Part shown: positions 37,196 to 46,139 of the stretch, in pieces
Position numbering within the stretch: position 1 is the first letter of the stretch
How the letters are laid out: every line of letters starts with the position of its first letter
Assembly: GCA_966095775.1 (NCBI GenBank)
Contig: CBHTTS010000001.1
Coordinates: 4,408 to 68,407 of the forward strand
DNA length: 64,000 nucleotides
Origin: an uncultured Variovorax sp.
GTDB lineage: Bacteria; Pseudomonadota; Gammaproteobacteria; Burkholderiales; Burkholderiaceae_C
Direction of reading: 5' to 3'
Notes under the pieces: generated by a model
What the model saw: only the letters and a program-made list of their open reading frames with translations
Database searches by the model: none
Told to the model about the DNA's origin: nothing
Position numbers and translations under genes: made by a program

Positions 37196-38110
37196 ATGGA
37201 CATCCGCGCGCTGAGATATTTCGCCGCCGTCGCCGAGACCGGCCACATGACGCGCGCGGCCGAGCGGCTGGGCATCCAGCAGCCGCCGCTGAGCCTGCAG
37301 ATCAAGGCGCTGGAGCGCGAGCTCGGCGTGGCGCTGTTCCGCCGCCATCCGCGCGGCGTGGCGCTGACCGACGCCGGCCGGCTGTTCCAGGCCGAGGCGC
37401 TGCGCATGCTGCAGGACATGGAGGCGATGAAGCAGCGCATGGCCCGCGTCGCGAGCGGGCAGTCGGGCACGCTGGCCGTGGGCTTCACGAGCTCGGCCGC
37501 GGCGCACCGCTTCGTGCCCGCGGCGCTGCGCGCCTTCCGCCGCGCCTATCCGGACGTGGCGCTGCAATTGCGCGAGGACAACGCGGCCGACCTCACCGAG
37601 GCGCTGGCCGCGGGCCGGCTGCACTGCGGCCTCTTGCGCGTGCCGGTGGCGCGGCCCGAGGGGCTGCGGTTCGAGACGCTGCTGCGCGAGCCGGTGCTGG
37701 TGGCCATGCCCAGCGACCATCGCCTTGCGCGCGGCAAGGGCTCCCGGCCGCTGCCGCTCGCGCGGCTCTGCGAGGAAGGCATCATCCTCGTGCGGCGCCC
37801 CGGCGCCCCCGGCCTCTACGCCGACCTGCTCGCGCTGTGCCATGCCAAGGGCCTTCGACCGCGCGTGGTGGCCGAAGTCGATCGCATGATGACCAACCTC
37901 AACCTCGTGGCCGCCGGCGTCGGCCTGTCGGTGGTGCCGGCCTCGATGGGCGGCGTGCACGCGCACGCGATCGCCTATGCGCGGCTGGCCGACGCCGGGC
38001 AGCTCGACGCGCCGCTCACGCTGGTCTCGCGCACCGACGAGGACAGCCTGCCCGCGCAGCATTTCGCCGCGCTGCTGCGCCGGCAAGCGCACGAGGACCC
38101 GCGCTCATGA
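37196..38110 (+). CDS. LysR family regulator
   Basis: MDIRALRYF..VAE..HMTRAAERLGIQQPPLS.QI. Confidence 0.95.
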   Translation: MDIRALRYFAAVAETGHMTRAAERLGIQQPPLSLQIKALERELGVALFRRHPRGVALTDAGRLFQAEALRMLQDMEAMKQRMARVASGQSGTLAVGFTSSAAAHRFVPAALRAFRRAYPDVALQLREDNAADLTEALAAGRLHCGLLRVPVARPEGLRFETLLREPVLVAMPSDHRLARGKGSRPLPLARLCEEGIILVRRPGAPGLYADLLALCHAKGLRPRVVAEVDRMMTNLNLVAAGVGLSVVPASMGGVHAHAIAYARLADAGQLDAPLTLVSRTDEDSLPAQHFAALLRRQAHEDPRS

Positions 38111-39111
38111 CGCGCGCGAGCGGGCTCCCGCGCCGCCGCTTCGTGCGCCGCATCGGCCTCGCGCTCGCGGCCGCCTGCGCGGTGCCGCGCCTCGCGCTCG
38201 CCGCCGCGGCGCCGTGGCCGCAGCGCCCGCTGCGGTTGATCGTGGTCTACCCGCCGGGCGGCGTGAGCGACGGCATGGCGCGCGCGCTCGCCGAGCCGCT
38301 CGCGCAGGCGCTGGCCGTGCCGGTGCTGATCGAGAACCGCGGCGGCGCGGGCGGCAGCGTCGGCATGGACGCGCTCGCGCGCGCCGCGCCCGACGGCTGC
38401 ACCCTCGCCTTCTCGGCGATCAGCCCGCTCACGCTGCATCCGCTGCTCGCGCGCGTGCCCTACGACCCGCTGCGCGGCTTCGTGCCCGTCGCCAGCGTGA
38501 TGCGCACGCCGGTGCTCGTGGTCGGCACGCCGGCCTTCACGGGCCGCAGCTTCGACGACCTGGTCGCGACGGCGCGCGGCCGCCCCGGCGCGATGCGCTG
38601 GGCCACCTCGGGCGTGGCGACCATCGGCCACATGGTGCTCGCGCAGGTGCGCATGCAGGCCCGCGTCGACATCACGCACGTGCCCTACCAGGGCGGCGGC
38701 CCGCAGCTCAACGACGCCCTGAGCGGCCAGTTCGAGCTGCTCTCGACCAACGTCGCCGCGCAGCAGCTGCAGTACATCGCCCAGGGCCGGCTGCGCGCGC
38801 TCGCGGTGGGCGCGCCCGCGCGCATCGAGGCCCTGCCCGCGGTGCCCACGCTCGCCGAGCTCGGCTTCGCACGCGCCAACCGCGATTCGCTGTTCGGCCT
38901 CTTCGCGCCGGCGCGCACGCCCGCGGCGGTGGTGCAGCGGCTCAACGCCGAGATTAACCGCGTGCTGCGCGGCGACGCCATGCGCGCACGGCTGCGCGCC
39001 GCCTACAACCTGCCCGCCGGCGGCAGCAGCGACGACTTCGCGCAGGAGATCGCGCTCGACCGGCGGCGCAACCGCGAGCTGGTGGCGGGCGACCGCTCGC
39101 AGTTCGACTGA
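38107..39111 (+). CDS. Bug/TctC substrate-binding protein (Tat-like signal)
   Basis: RRRF; WPQRPLRLIVVYPPGG, ENRGGAGG, HVPYQGGG. Confidence 0.9.
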   Translation: MTRASGLPRRRFVRRIGLALAAACAVPRLALAAAAPWPQRPLRLIVVYPPGGVSDGMARALAEPLAQALAVPVLIENRGGAGGSVGMDALARAAPDGCTLAFSAISPLTLHPLLARVPYDPLRGFVPVASVMRTPVLVVGTPAFTGRSFDDLVATARGRPGAMRWATSGVATIGHMVLAQVRMQARVDITHVPYQGGGPQLNDALSGQFELLSTNVAAQQLQYIAQGRLRALAVGAPARIEALPAVPTLAELGFARANRDSLFGLFAPARTPAAVVQRLNAEINRVLRGDAMRARLRAAYNLPAGGSSDDFAQEIALDRRRNRELVAGDRSQFD

Positions 39112-39123
39112 AGGACCGCGCCT

Positions 39124-39687
39124 TCAGTCCTCCGCGGTCCAGAGCCCCGGATAGTCGCGCACGAAGTCGTCGCCCGTGGTGCGCAGCGTCGCCGCATAGT
39201 CGAAGCGCCTGGCCTCGTAGGCATAGGCGTCGTCGCCGGTGCGCTCGTAGCGCTGCATCAGCTCGCTGAGCACGCCGCCGCCGTCGAGGTCGAGCCAGGC
39301 GGCCGGGGCGTCGGCGCCCTCGCCGGTCGCGAGGTGCAGCCGGCGCAGCTGCAGCAGGTTGGTGGCGGGGGTGAAGCCGAGGTCGAGGTCGAGGCAGTGC
39401 GAGAGGTCGGGCACGGGCTGGTCGTTGAGCTTCCAGCGGCCGTGCGCGTCGCGCGCGATCGAGAGGTCGACGGCCTCGCCGCCGACCCAGCCGCGCACGG
39501 TGCCCCACTGCGTGTGCCAGTGCAGGTCGCAGCGCACGCGGTAGTGCAGTTGGGCGATGCGGCCGTCCTCGCGACGGAACGCGGCGGCGCCGTCGAGCTG
39601 CCACGCGGTCGCGTTGCGCTCGAGCCGGCAGGCGTCATGGCCCGGTGCGTCGAGCCTGCGCCACAGGATGGATGCGACGGTTTGCAT
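39124..39687 (-). CDS. Putative glycolipid-binding domain protein (DUF1089-like)
   Basis: ILWRRLD.PGHDAC, DLDLGFTPATN, Q.Y, YPGLW. Confidence 0.8.
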   Translation of the reverse strand: MQTVASILWRRLDAPGHDACRLERNATAWQLDGAAAFRREDGRIAQLHYRVRCDLHWHTQWGTVRGWVGGEAVDLSIARDAHGRWKLNDQPVPDLSHCLDLDLGFTPATNLLQLRRLHLATGEGADAPAAWLDLDGGGVLSELMQRYERTGDDAYAYEARRFDYAATLRTTGDDFVRDYPGLWTAED

Positions 39688-39740
39688 GCCGTGCATGATG
39701 GCCCGAGCGGGCGGCCGAGGCAAGCCTGGGAGCCTCCCAG

Positions 39741-40025
39741 TCAGGGCGCGAGCGCCGCGCGCACGTGGTCGAGGAACTCGCGCGCGCTCGATCCGAAGTC
39801 CGGCGGCAGCCAGCCGCGCTCGAACAGGCGCGCGAAATCGGCTTCGAGCGCCGGGTGGGTGCGCACGAAATCGTCGATCTCGGCGCGCAGCGCCGCGCGC
39901 TCGGCGGGGGTGGAGCTCCGGTTGTAGTCGGCCATGATCTCGGCGCCGGTCTCGCCGAAGAGCAGGTCGGCGTCCTGGCCGAAATGGACCTGGGTCAGGT
40001 TCTCGATGAGTTCGTAGCGGTTCAT
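39741..40025 (-). CDS. CdiI-type immunity protein (CdiI_2-like)
   Basis: 94 aa, acidic; L..L...HFGQD.D...G pattern and LRAEIDDF; same strand as and downstream of the RNase A-like toxin. Confidence 0.7.
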   Translation of the reverse strand: MNRYELIENLTQVHFGQDADLLFGETGAEIMADYNRSSTPAERAALRAEIDDFVRTHPALEADFARLFERGWLPPDFGSSAREFLDHVRAALAP

Positions 40026-40115
40026 GGGGCTTTCTGCTGCGGTTTTTTTCGAGATCGGTGCGCAAGCATGCCATGCCGCTAACATCGCCCGCTCGACCAT
40101 CGAAGGAGCGTACAC

Positions 40116-40739
40116 GTGGAATCCTGGTTCGCCGACGCCAAGCCGATCGACTCGCTGGAGCCCGAGATCGCGTTCCAGCTCCGCGACGAGATCCAGACCG
40201 CGGGCTATCGCCCGCCCGAGCCGCTCGCCCTGCCCTCGTTCGCGCGCGCCGACCGGCTGCGCGTGCGCAGCGCGGAAGCGGTCGGGCACGAGGCGGAGCT
40301 CGCGGCCTACTACGCGCGGGTGGTCGCGCTCGCACGGCAGCACGGCCTCTCGTTCGACCAGGTGCGGCAGTATTTCTGGATCGACCTGCGGCTCGACAAC
40401 GCGTCCGCCGACGTGCACCTGTCCTTCCCCTGGTACGACACCTTCTCGGCCATCGACCACGTGCTGCGCGCGCTCGAGGGGCCGGACGAGGGCCTGGTCT
40501 ACGACGACGAGGACCAGGGCTGGGCGATCGAGATCCGGGCGCGCAACGGCAAGTTCTACATCCGCGAGCACGACCCCGACGGCGACGACGAGCCGGGTCT
40601 TGCCGTCACGCTGCCGCGCGAGGGTCTGCGCGCGCGCATCGCGCCGCTGCGCGCGCGCACGCAGAAGCTGATCGCCTCGCTCGCGCAGGAACTCGGCGCC
40701 GACGTCTGGACCCGCGGCGAGGCCGGCTCGCTCCTCTGA
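40116..40739 (+). CDS. Hypothetical protein (207 aa, acidic, Trp/Tyr-rich)
   Basis: GAAGGAG RBS before GTG; host-like codon usage; no recognised family. Confidence 0.75.
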   Translation: MESWFADAKPIDSLEPEIAFQLRDEIQTAGYRPPEPLALPSFARADRLRVRSAEAVGHEAELAAYYARVVALARQHGLSFDQVRQYFWIDLRLDNASADVHLSFPWYDTFSAIDHVLRALEGPDEGLVYDDEDQGWAIEIRARNGKFYIREHDPDGDDEPGLAVTLPREGLRARIAPLRARTQKLIASLAQELGADVWTRGEAGSLL

Positions 40740-40745
40740 CCTTCC

Positions 40746-41585
40746 TCAGATCGGATAGGCCGTGAGGATGTAGAACGGCTTGCCGTTGTAGGTTTCCATC
40801 TTCAGGATGATCCGAACGCCGCGCAGGTCGTTGACCGCGGTGCTGCCGAACTGCACGCCGCGCCCCACGACGTAGCCCACCACGTGCTCGATCTCGGGCG
40901 ACTTGCTGCCCGCCGCCGCGCTGCGCGACCAGGCCTTGACCGCGGCCGCGTTGGCGCGCAGCGTCTCGGAGATGGCGCGCTCGGCGGTGGCGAGGTCGCT
41001 GAAGGTGGAGACCGCCCTGGGCCCGGGCCGCGTGGCGGTGCGCACGCGCGCGAGCAGCTGGGCGTCGGTCTGCCCGACGTGGCGCGCCATGGTGTGGCCG
41101 CCGAGCCGCGAGCCCGCGGCCGCCTCGTGCTCCACCAGCCGGATGCGCCCGCCGCGCATCACCGAGACGATGCGCGCGGCGCCGAGCCCTGCGGTCACGG
41201 CCAGCGGCACGGCCACGTCGACCGCGAGGCCGATGCCCTCGGCGGTCTCGCGCGAGGCGCCGAGCGCCTCGGCGGCCGAGGTGGCGGTGACGGCGGTGGC
41301 GGTGCGCTGCGGCACGCCGGTCCAGACCTGGCGGCCCGAGGCGGCCAGGGTGTCGAAGCCGTGCACGCCGAGCACCACGCAGCCCGCCTTGGTGACCATG
41401 GTGGGTTCGGGCGCGACGCAGAGCACGCCTGCGCCGACCAGCTCGACCACGCCGGTCACGAGCCCGACCGTGCCCCAGAGCCGGTTGCTGAGGCTCGCGG
41501 ACTCGGGGACCTCCTGGTCGTCGAGCACCGCCGCCATCTGCACGGGCGTCAGCGCGATGGTCATCCCTTCGACTTCGTCATCCAT
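40746..41585 (-). CDS. Stand-alone polymorphic toxin with bacterial RNase A-like (CdiA-CT) domain
   Basis: GGHT..RHVG...LLAR, STF, C-terminal ILTAYP; hydrophobic N-terminal APEPT..TK region. Confidence 0.8.
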   Translation of the reverse strand: MDDEVEGMTIALTPVQMAAVLDDQEVPESASLSNRLWGTVGLVTGVVELVGAGVLCVAPEPTMVTKAGCVVLGVHGFDTLAASGRQVWTGVPQRTATAVTATSAAEALGASRETAEGIGLAVDVAVPLAVTAGLGAARIVSVMRGGRIRLVEHEAAAGSRLGGHTMARHVGQTDAQLLARVRTATRPGPRAVSTFSDLATAERAISETLRANAAAVKAWSRSAAAGSKSPEIEHVVGYVVGRGVQFGSTAVNDLRGVRIILKMETYNGKPFYILTAYPI

Positions 41586-41713
41586 GCCGGATTCCTTTCG
41601 TTGCCATGCTTTTCTTCATGCCATCGACGGTCGGGTCGGACCGCGGCCGGCCCGCATTCTGGCATGGGCGGCGCCCGCAGCAGAGAGCGCCCGGGCGCGA
41701 GACAATCGGCGCC

Positions 41714-42964
41714 GTGAGTTCCAAGCCCGTGCCAGTGCCCCCGATCCGCCGCATCGCCCACCTCGACATGGACGCCTTCTACGCGTCGGTCGAGCTGCTG
41801 CGCTATCCGCAGCTCAAGGGCCTGCCGGTGGTGATCGGCGGCGGCCGGCGCAGCGTGGACGAGGCGATGCGCAACCTGCCGCCGGGCGGCACGCTGGCCG
41901 ACATCCCGGTCGAGGCCTTCGCGCGCCTGAAGGACTACGTGGGCCGCGGCGTGATCACCACCGCCACCTACCCGGCGCGGCAGTTCGGCGTGGGCTCGGC
42001 CATGGGGCTCATGAAGGCCGCCAAGCTCTGCCCGCAGGCGATCCTGCTGCCGGTGGACTTCGACGAGATCCGCCGCTTCTCGCGCACCTTCAAGAAGATC
42101 ATCACCGACATCGCGCCGGTGATGGAGGACCGCGGCGTGGACGAGGTCTACATCGACTTCACCGAGGTGCCCGGCGGCCAGCGCGAGGGCGGGCGCACGC
42201 TGGCGCGGCTGATCCAGAAGTCGATCTTCGACGCCACCGGCCTGACCTGCTCGATCGGCGTCGCGCCCAACAAGCTGATCGCCAAGATGGCGAGCGAATT
42301 CAACAAGCCCAACGGCATCTCGATCGTCCACGAGGAAGACCTGCAGACGCTGATCTGGCCGCTGCCCTGCCGCAAGGTCAACGGCATCGGGCCCAAGGCC
42401 GACGAGAAGCTCAAGCGGCTGGGCATCGAGACCATCGGCCAGCTCGCGGGCTGCGAGCGCGGCTGGCTGATCGAGCATTTCGGCAAGTCGACCGGCGCCT
42501 GGATGCACGAGGTCGCATGGGGCCGCGACGACCGCCCGGTGGTGACCGAGAGCGAGCCGGTCTCGATGAGCCGCGAGACCACCTTCGAGCGCGACCTGCA
42601 CGCGGTGCGCGACCGCGCCGAGCTCGGCGCGATCTTCACGCACCTGTGCGAGAAGGTGGCGGAAGACCTGCAGCGCAAGGGCTACGTCGGCAAGACCATC
42701 GGCATCAAGCTGCGCTACGACGACTTCAAGATCGCCACGCGCGACCAGACCATCGACCGCTTCACCAACGACGCGAAGACGATCCGCCACACCGGTGGCC
42801 TGTGCCTGAAGCGGGTGCCGCTCGAGCGGCCGCTGCGGCTTTTGGGCGTGCGCGTGGGCGCGCTCGCGAAGGTCGGCAGCCCCGAGGCGCTCGCGCCCGC
42901 GGGCCCGGGCGCCGCGCGTGCGCGCGCGCAGCAGCCCGCGGCGACGACCGCGTCGCTGTTCTGA
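41714..42964 (+). CDS. dinB: DNA polymerase IV
   Basis: HLDMDAFYASVE, Y.AR.FGV, VDEVYID, SIGVAPNKLIAKMAS..KPNG. Confidence 0.93.
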   Translation: MSSKPVPVPPIRRIAHLDMDAFYASVELLRYPQLKGLPVVIGGGRRSVDEAMRNLPPGGTLADIPVEAFARLKDYVGRGVITTATYPARQFGVGSAMGLMKAAKLCPQAILLPVDFDEIRRFSRTFKKIITDIAPVMEDRGVDEVYIDFTEVPGGQREGGRTLARLIQKSIFDATGLTCSIGVAPNKLIAKMASEFNKPNGISIVHEEDLQTLIWPLPCRKVNGIGPKADEKLKRLGIETIGQLAGCERGWLIEHFGKSTGAWMHEVAWGRDDRPVVTESEPVSMSRETTFERDLHAVRDRAELGAIFTHLCEKVAEDLQRKGYVGKTIGIKLRYDDFKIATRDQTIDRFTNDAKTIRHTGGLCLKRVPLERPLRLLGVRVGALAKVGSPEALAPAGPGAARARAQQPAATTASLF

Positions 42965-42970
42965 GCCGCG

Positions 42971-43651
42971 ATGAAGCGCTGGCTCGCGTACCCGGCGTTC
43001 GCGCTGCTCGCGCTGCTGTCGGCGGCCGCACTCTACGCGGGCGTGGCCTGCATGCTGATGTTCTGGCCCGCCAACGCCGCGCCGCGCGCGGCGGCGCCGG
43101 CGCCCGCGGTGCAGGCCTGGGTGCTGAGCAACGGCGTGCACACCGACCTGGTGTTCCCGATCCGCTCGGCGGCGATCGACTGGACGCATCTGTTCCCCTT
43201 CGCGCATTTCAGGGCCGTGCCGGCCGATGCGGAGTTCGTCGCGATCGGCTGGGGCGACCGCGAGTTCTACCTCCACACGCCCACCTGGGCCGACCTCACG
43301 CTCGCGCGCGCCCTCGGCGCGATGGCGGGCGGCAACCGCGCGCTGCTGCACGTGACCTACCTGCGCCGCGCCCAGCTGCGGCAAGGCGCCTGGCGGCTGC
43401 CGCTGTCGCAGGCGCAGTACGCCGAGCTCGTGGCCCATGTGCGCGAGGCGCTGCCCGCGGGCCGCGCGGTGCCGATCGCGGGTGCCCACTACGGCCCCGA
43501 CGACGCCTTCTACGAAGCCGAAGGCGGCTACCACCTGTTCGAGACCTGCAACACCTGGACCGGCCGCGGGCTGCGCCGTGCGGGCGCGACGGTGAGCCGG
43601 TGGACGCCCTTCGACTTCAACGTGGTCTGGCACCTGGAGCCCGGCCCCTGA
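42971..43651 (+). CDS. TIGR02117 / DUF2459 family protein
   Basis: SNGVHTDLV.P, IGWGDREFY, FYEA.G.Y...TCNTW. Confidence 0.85.
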   Translation: MKRWLAYPAFALLALLSAAALYAGVACMLMFWPANAAPRAAAPAPAVQAWVLSNGVHTDLVFPIRSAAIDWTHLFPFAHFRAVPADAEFVAIGWGDREFYLHTPTWADLTLARALGAMAGGNRALLHVTYLRRAQLRQGAWRLPLSQAQYAELVAHVREALPAGRAVPIAGAHYGPDDAFYEAEGGYHLFETCNTWTGRGLRRAGATVSRWTPFDFNVVWHLEPGP

Positions 43652-43810
43652 GAAGCTGTGAACGAACCCGTCATGCCCGCTCATGCCACCAAAGCACGCC
43701 CACTCCGCGTTGCAAATGCTCGCCATAGCCCGAGCTATGGCTGCGCTTTGCGCCTTGATTGGGCGCACTTTGGCGGCCTGCTCGGGCACGCCGGATTCAT
43801 TCACAGCTTC
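43652..43810. mobile_element. 159-bp palindromic MITE-like element with 3-bp TGA target-site duplication
   Basis: Terminal inverted repeats GAAGCTGTGAA / TTCACAGCTTC; flanking TGA at 43649-43651 and 43811-43813; imperfect symmetry throughout; central hairpin GCCATAGC-CCGA-GCTATGGC. Confidence 0.75.
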
Positions 43811-43928
43811 TGAGCGCGCGGCTGCTTCCACAAAGCGCCTCCATCGCACCGCTGCGGCGTGCGGCGTCCTACAGCCCGCGGCCGCCGCGGCAGGCAAAAG
43901 CTCAGGCTATCGCCATCGCGCCTCCACC

Positions 43929-45152
43929 ATGCCGGCCCGCTCCGCACCGAACCATCCACCGTCGAAACCCACGCCCATTGCCGAAGGCCTGGTCTACGTC
44001 AACCCCGACATGCCGGGCATCCGCCGGCTGCGCCACGGCGACGGCTTCCGCTACCGCGATGCCGATGGCCGCGCGGTGCGCGATCCGGACGAGCTCTCGC
44101 GCATCCGCATGCTCGCGATCCCGCCGGCCTACGAGGACGTCTGGATCTGCCCGCTGCCCAACGGCCACCTGCAAGCCACCGGCATCGACGCGCGCGGGCG
44201 CAAGCAGTACCGCTACCACCCTGACTGGCGCCTGTTCAAGGACGAGACCAAGTTCGAGCGGCTCGAGGCTTTCGGGCGCGCGCTGCCGCGCATCCGCGCG
44301 CGCGTCGCGCGCGACCTGCAGCAGGGCGCCGCCAGCCGCGGCGTGCCGCGGCGCCAGCAGGTGCTCGCGGCGCTGGTGCGGCTGCTCGACACCACGCTGC
44401 TGCGCGTGGGCAACGAAGAGTACGCGAGCAGCAACGGCTCCTACGGCCTGACCACGCTGCGCAACCGCCATGCCGCGGTGCAGGGCGGCGCGCTGCGGCT
44501 GCGCTTCCGCGGCAAGAGCGGCGTGTTGCACGAGGCGCGGCTCGACGATCCGCGCGTCGCGAAGGTGGTGCGCCAGTGCCAGCAGCTGCCCGGCCAGGCG
44601 CTGTTCCAGTACCAGGAGGAGGAAGCGGACGGCGGTGCGCTGCGCAGCGTGTCGTCCACCGACGTGAACGACTACCTCGCCGAAGCCTCGCCGGGCGAGC
44701 GCTTCACGGCCAAGGACTTCCGCACCTGGCACGGCACGGTGCAGGCGCTCGAGCTCACGCGGCTGGCCTGCGAGCCCGGGCGCACCGCGGCCGACGGCAG
44801 CCGCTACACGGCCAAGGAGATCCTCGCGGCGGTCGCGAAGCAGCTCGGCAACACGCCGGCGGTGTGCAGGAAGGCGTACGTGCATCCGGCCGTGCTCGCG
44901 CTCGGCAGCGCGCTCGCGGGCGACGCCGACGACCCTTCGGCCGAGATCCTGCGCCGGATGTCGGCGCGCACCGCCGCCGCGGGCCGCACGCGCGGCCTGC
45001 ATGCGCCCGAGCAGCGGCTGCTCGCGTTCCGGCGCAGGCACCGGCAGCGGCTCGCGCGCGAGGCACGCGCGGCGCGCCCGCGTGCGGCGCGGAAGGCTCA
45101 GCCCGCGGTCAGGGGGAAGCAGACGCTGTCGCGCTCGAGCGCCACCGCGTAG
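43929..45152 (+). CDS. Bacterial DNA topoisomerase IB
   Basis: IPPAY..VWIC, GRKQYRYH, LRVGNEEY, FRGKSG, AKDFRTW, LGNTPAVCRKAY (catalytic Tyr). Confidence 0.93.
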   Translation: MPARSAPNHPPSKPTPIAEGLVYVNPDMPGIRRLRHGDGFRYRDADGRAVRDPDELSRIRMLAIPPAYEDVWICPLPNGHLQATGIDARGRKQYRYHPDWRLFKDETKFERLEAFGRALPRIRARVARDLQQGAASRGVPRRQQVLAALVRLLDTTLLRVGNEEYASSNGSYGLTTLRNRHAAVQGGALRLRFRGKSGVLHEARLDDPRVAKVVRQCQQLPGQALFQYQEEEADGGALRSVSSTDVNDYLAEASPGERFTAKDFRTWHGTVQALELTRLACEPGRTAADGSRYTAKEILAAVAKQLGNTPAVCRKAYVHPAVLALGSALAGDADDPSAEILRRMSARTAAAGRTRGLHAPEQRLLAFRRRHRQRLAREARAARPRAARKAQPAVRGKQTLSRSSATA

Positions 45153-45775
45153 CCGAGGTCGTCCGCCAGGCTCTGCAGCGCGATCGCATCGATCGCGAGC
45201 GCGCGCGGGGCGCGGTGCGCATCGAGCACCGGGCTCGCGCCGCCGGAGGCGCGCGGCGTGCCGCGCAGGCACAGCCCGTGGTCGCCGCGCGGTTCGATGC
45301 GGATCGCGCCGGTGTCGGTCTCGCCGTCGTGCAGGTAGCCGAGCGCGCCGAGCAGCAGGTAGCGCAGCGCCGCGCCCTGCGGGCGGCGCGGCTCGTCCTC
45401 GCGCGGCGCGAGCGCGGGATCGATCTCGAGCGCGATGCCGTGCATGTCGAAGGCGGCGCGCATCAGCCCCACGCACTGCGCGACCAGCGCGCTGCGCGTG
45501 ATGCCGTCGTCGGTGGTCGCGAGCTCCCAGTCGCGCAGCGAGCGGATGCCCTCGACCAGCTCGGACATCTGATGGTCGATCAGCGTCACGCGCTCCTCGC
45601 AGGCCGCGGCGTCGATCGTGGCCTGGCCGATCTGGCGCTTGAGCATCAAGAGCGCCATGCGCATCACCGAGACCGGCGCGGCCATGTCGTGCCGCAGGGC
45701 GGGCAGCGCGCGCGTGAGCAGTTCGTGGCGCACCCCTGCGGCGATCCAGCTGCGGGCCCCGGGGGAGGCCTTCAT
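45098..45775 (-). CDS. Histidine-kinase-like protein with H-box but degenerate ATP-binding domain
   Basis: LRHDMAAPVSVM helix; no recognisable N, G1 or G2 boxes. Confidence 0.55.
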   Translation of the reverse strand: MKASPGARSWIAAGVRHELLTRALPALRHDMAAPVSVMRMALLMLKRQIGQATIDAAACEERVTLIDHQMSELVEGIRSLRDWELATTDDGITRSALVAQCVGLMRAAFDMHGIALEIDPALAPREDEPRRPQGAALRYLLLGALGYLHDGETDTGAIRIEPRGDHGLCLRGTPRASGGASPVLDAHRAPRALAIDAIALQSLADDLGYAVALERDSVCFPLTAG

Positions 45776-45916
45776 CGCCCGGCGGGAGCGGAGGAATCCG
45801 CCCCGATGGGTGGAGGGGCCCGCAGCGGGGTGCGGGGCGCGGCGATGGGCACGTTCACGTTGCGCGTCCTGAAGCGAAGGGAGACAGCGAGTATCGTGCC
45901 CGCCCCCGGCGCCAGG

Positions 45917-45934
45917 TGTAGGAGCGTGCCTACG
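45917..45934. promoter_or_regulatory. GacA/UvrY-like box
   Basis: TGTAGG-AGCGTG-CCTACG upstream of the pseudo-kinase. Confidence 0.5.
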
Positions 45935-45959
45935 TTTCGCGCCGCGGCGCGGCGCGTCC

Positions 45960-46139
45960 TCAGGGCTTGCCGAGGTAGACGCGCACGTCCTTCACCTCGA
46001 CGCCCGCGGCGGCGATGGCGGCGCGCAGCTGCGCCTCGGTCACGCCCAGCGTCTGGGTCCAGTAGCGCACCTCGTGCGGCTCGTTGACATTGATGCGGTT
46101 GCGGTCCTGCGGACCGCGCTTGCTCGGATCGTCTGCCAT
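45960..46139 (-). CDS. DUF3606 family protein
   Basis: MADD..KRGPQDR.RINVNE..EVRYW...LGV...L..AI..AG. Confidence 0.9.
   Translation of the reverse strand: MADDPSKRGPQDRNRINVNEPHEVRYWTQTLGVTEAQLRAAIAAAGVEVKDVRVYLGKP

Noticed and set aside
43683-43928. Apparent 82-aa N-terminal extension of topoisomerase IB
   Set aside because: Runs through the MITE and intergenic DNA; homology begins after ATG 43929.
45098-45152. 55-bp convergent overlap between topo IB and the pseudo-kinase
   Set aside because: Low-complexity tail extension, common in GC-rich genomes; no evidence of function.
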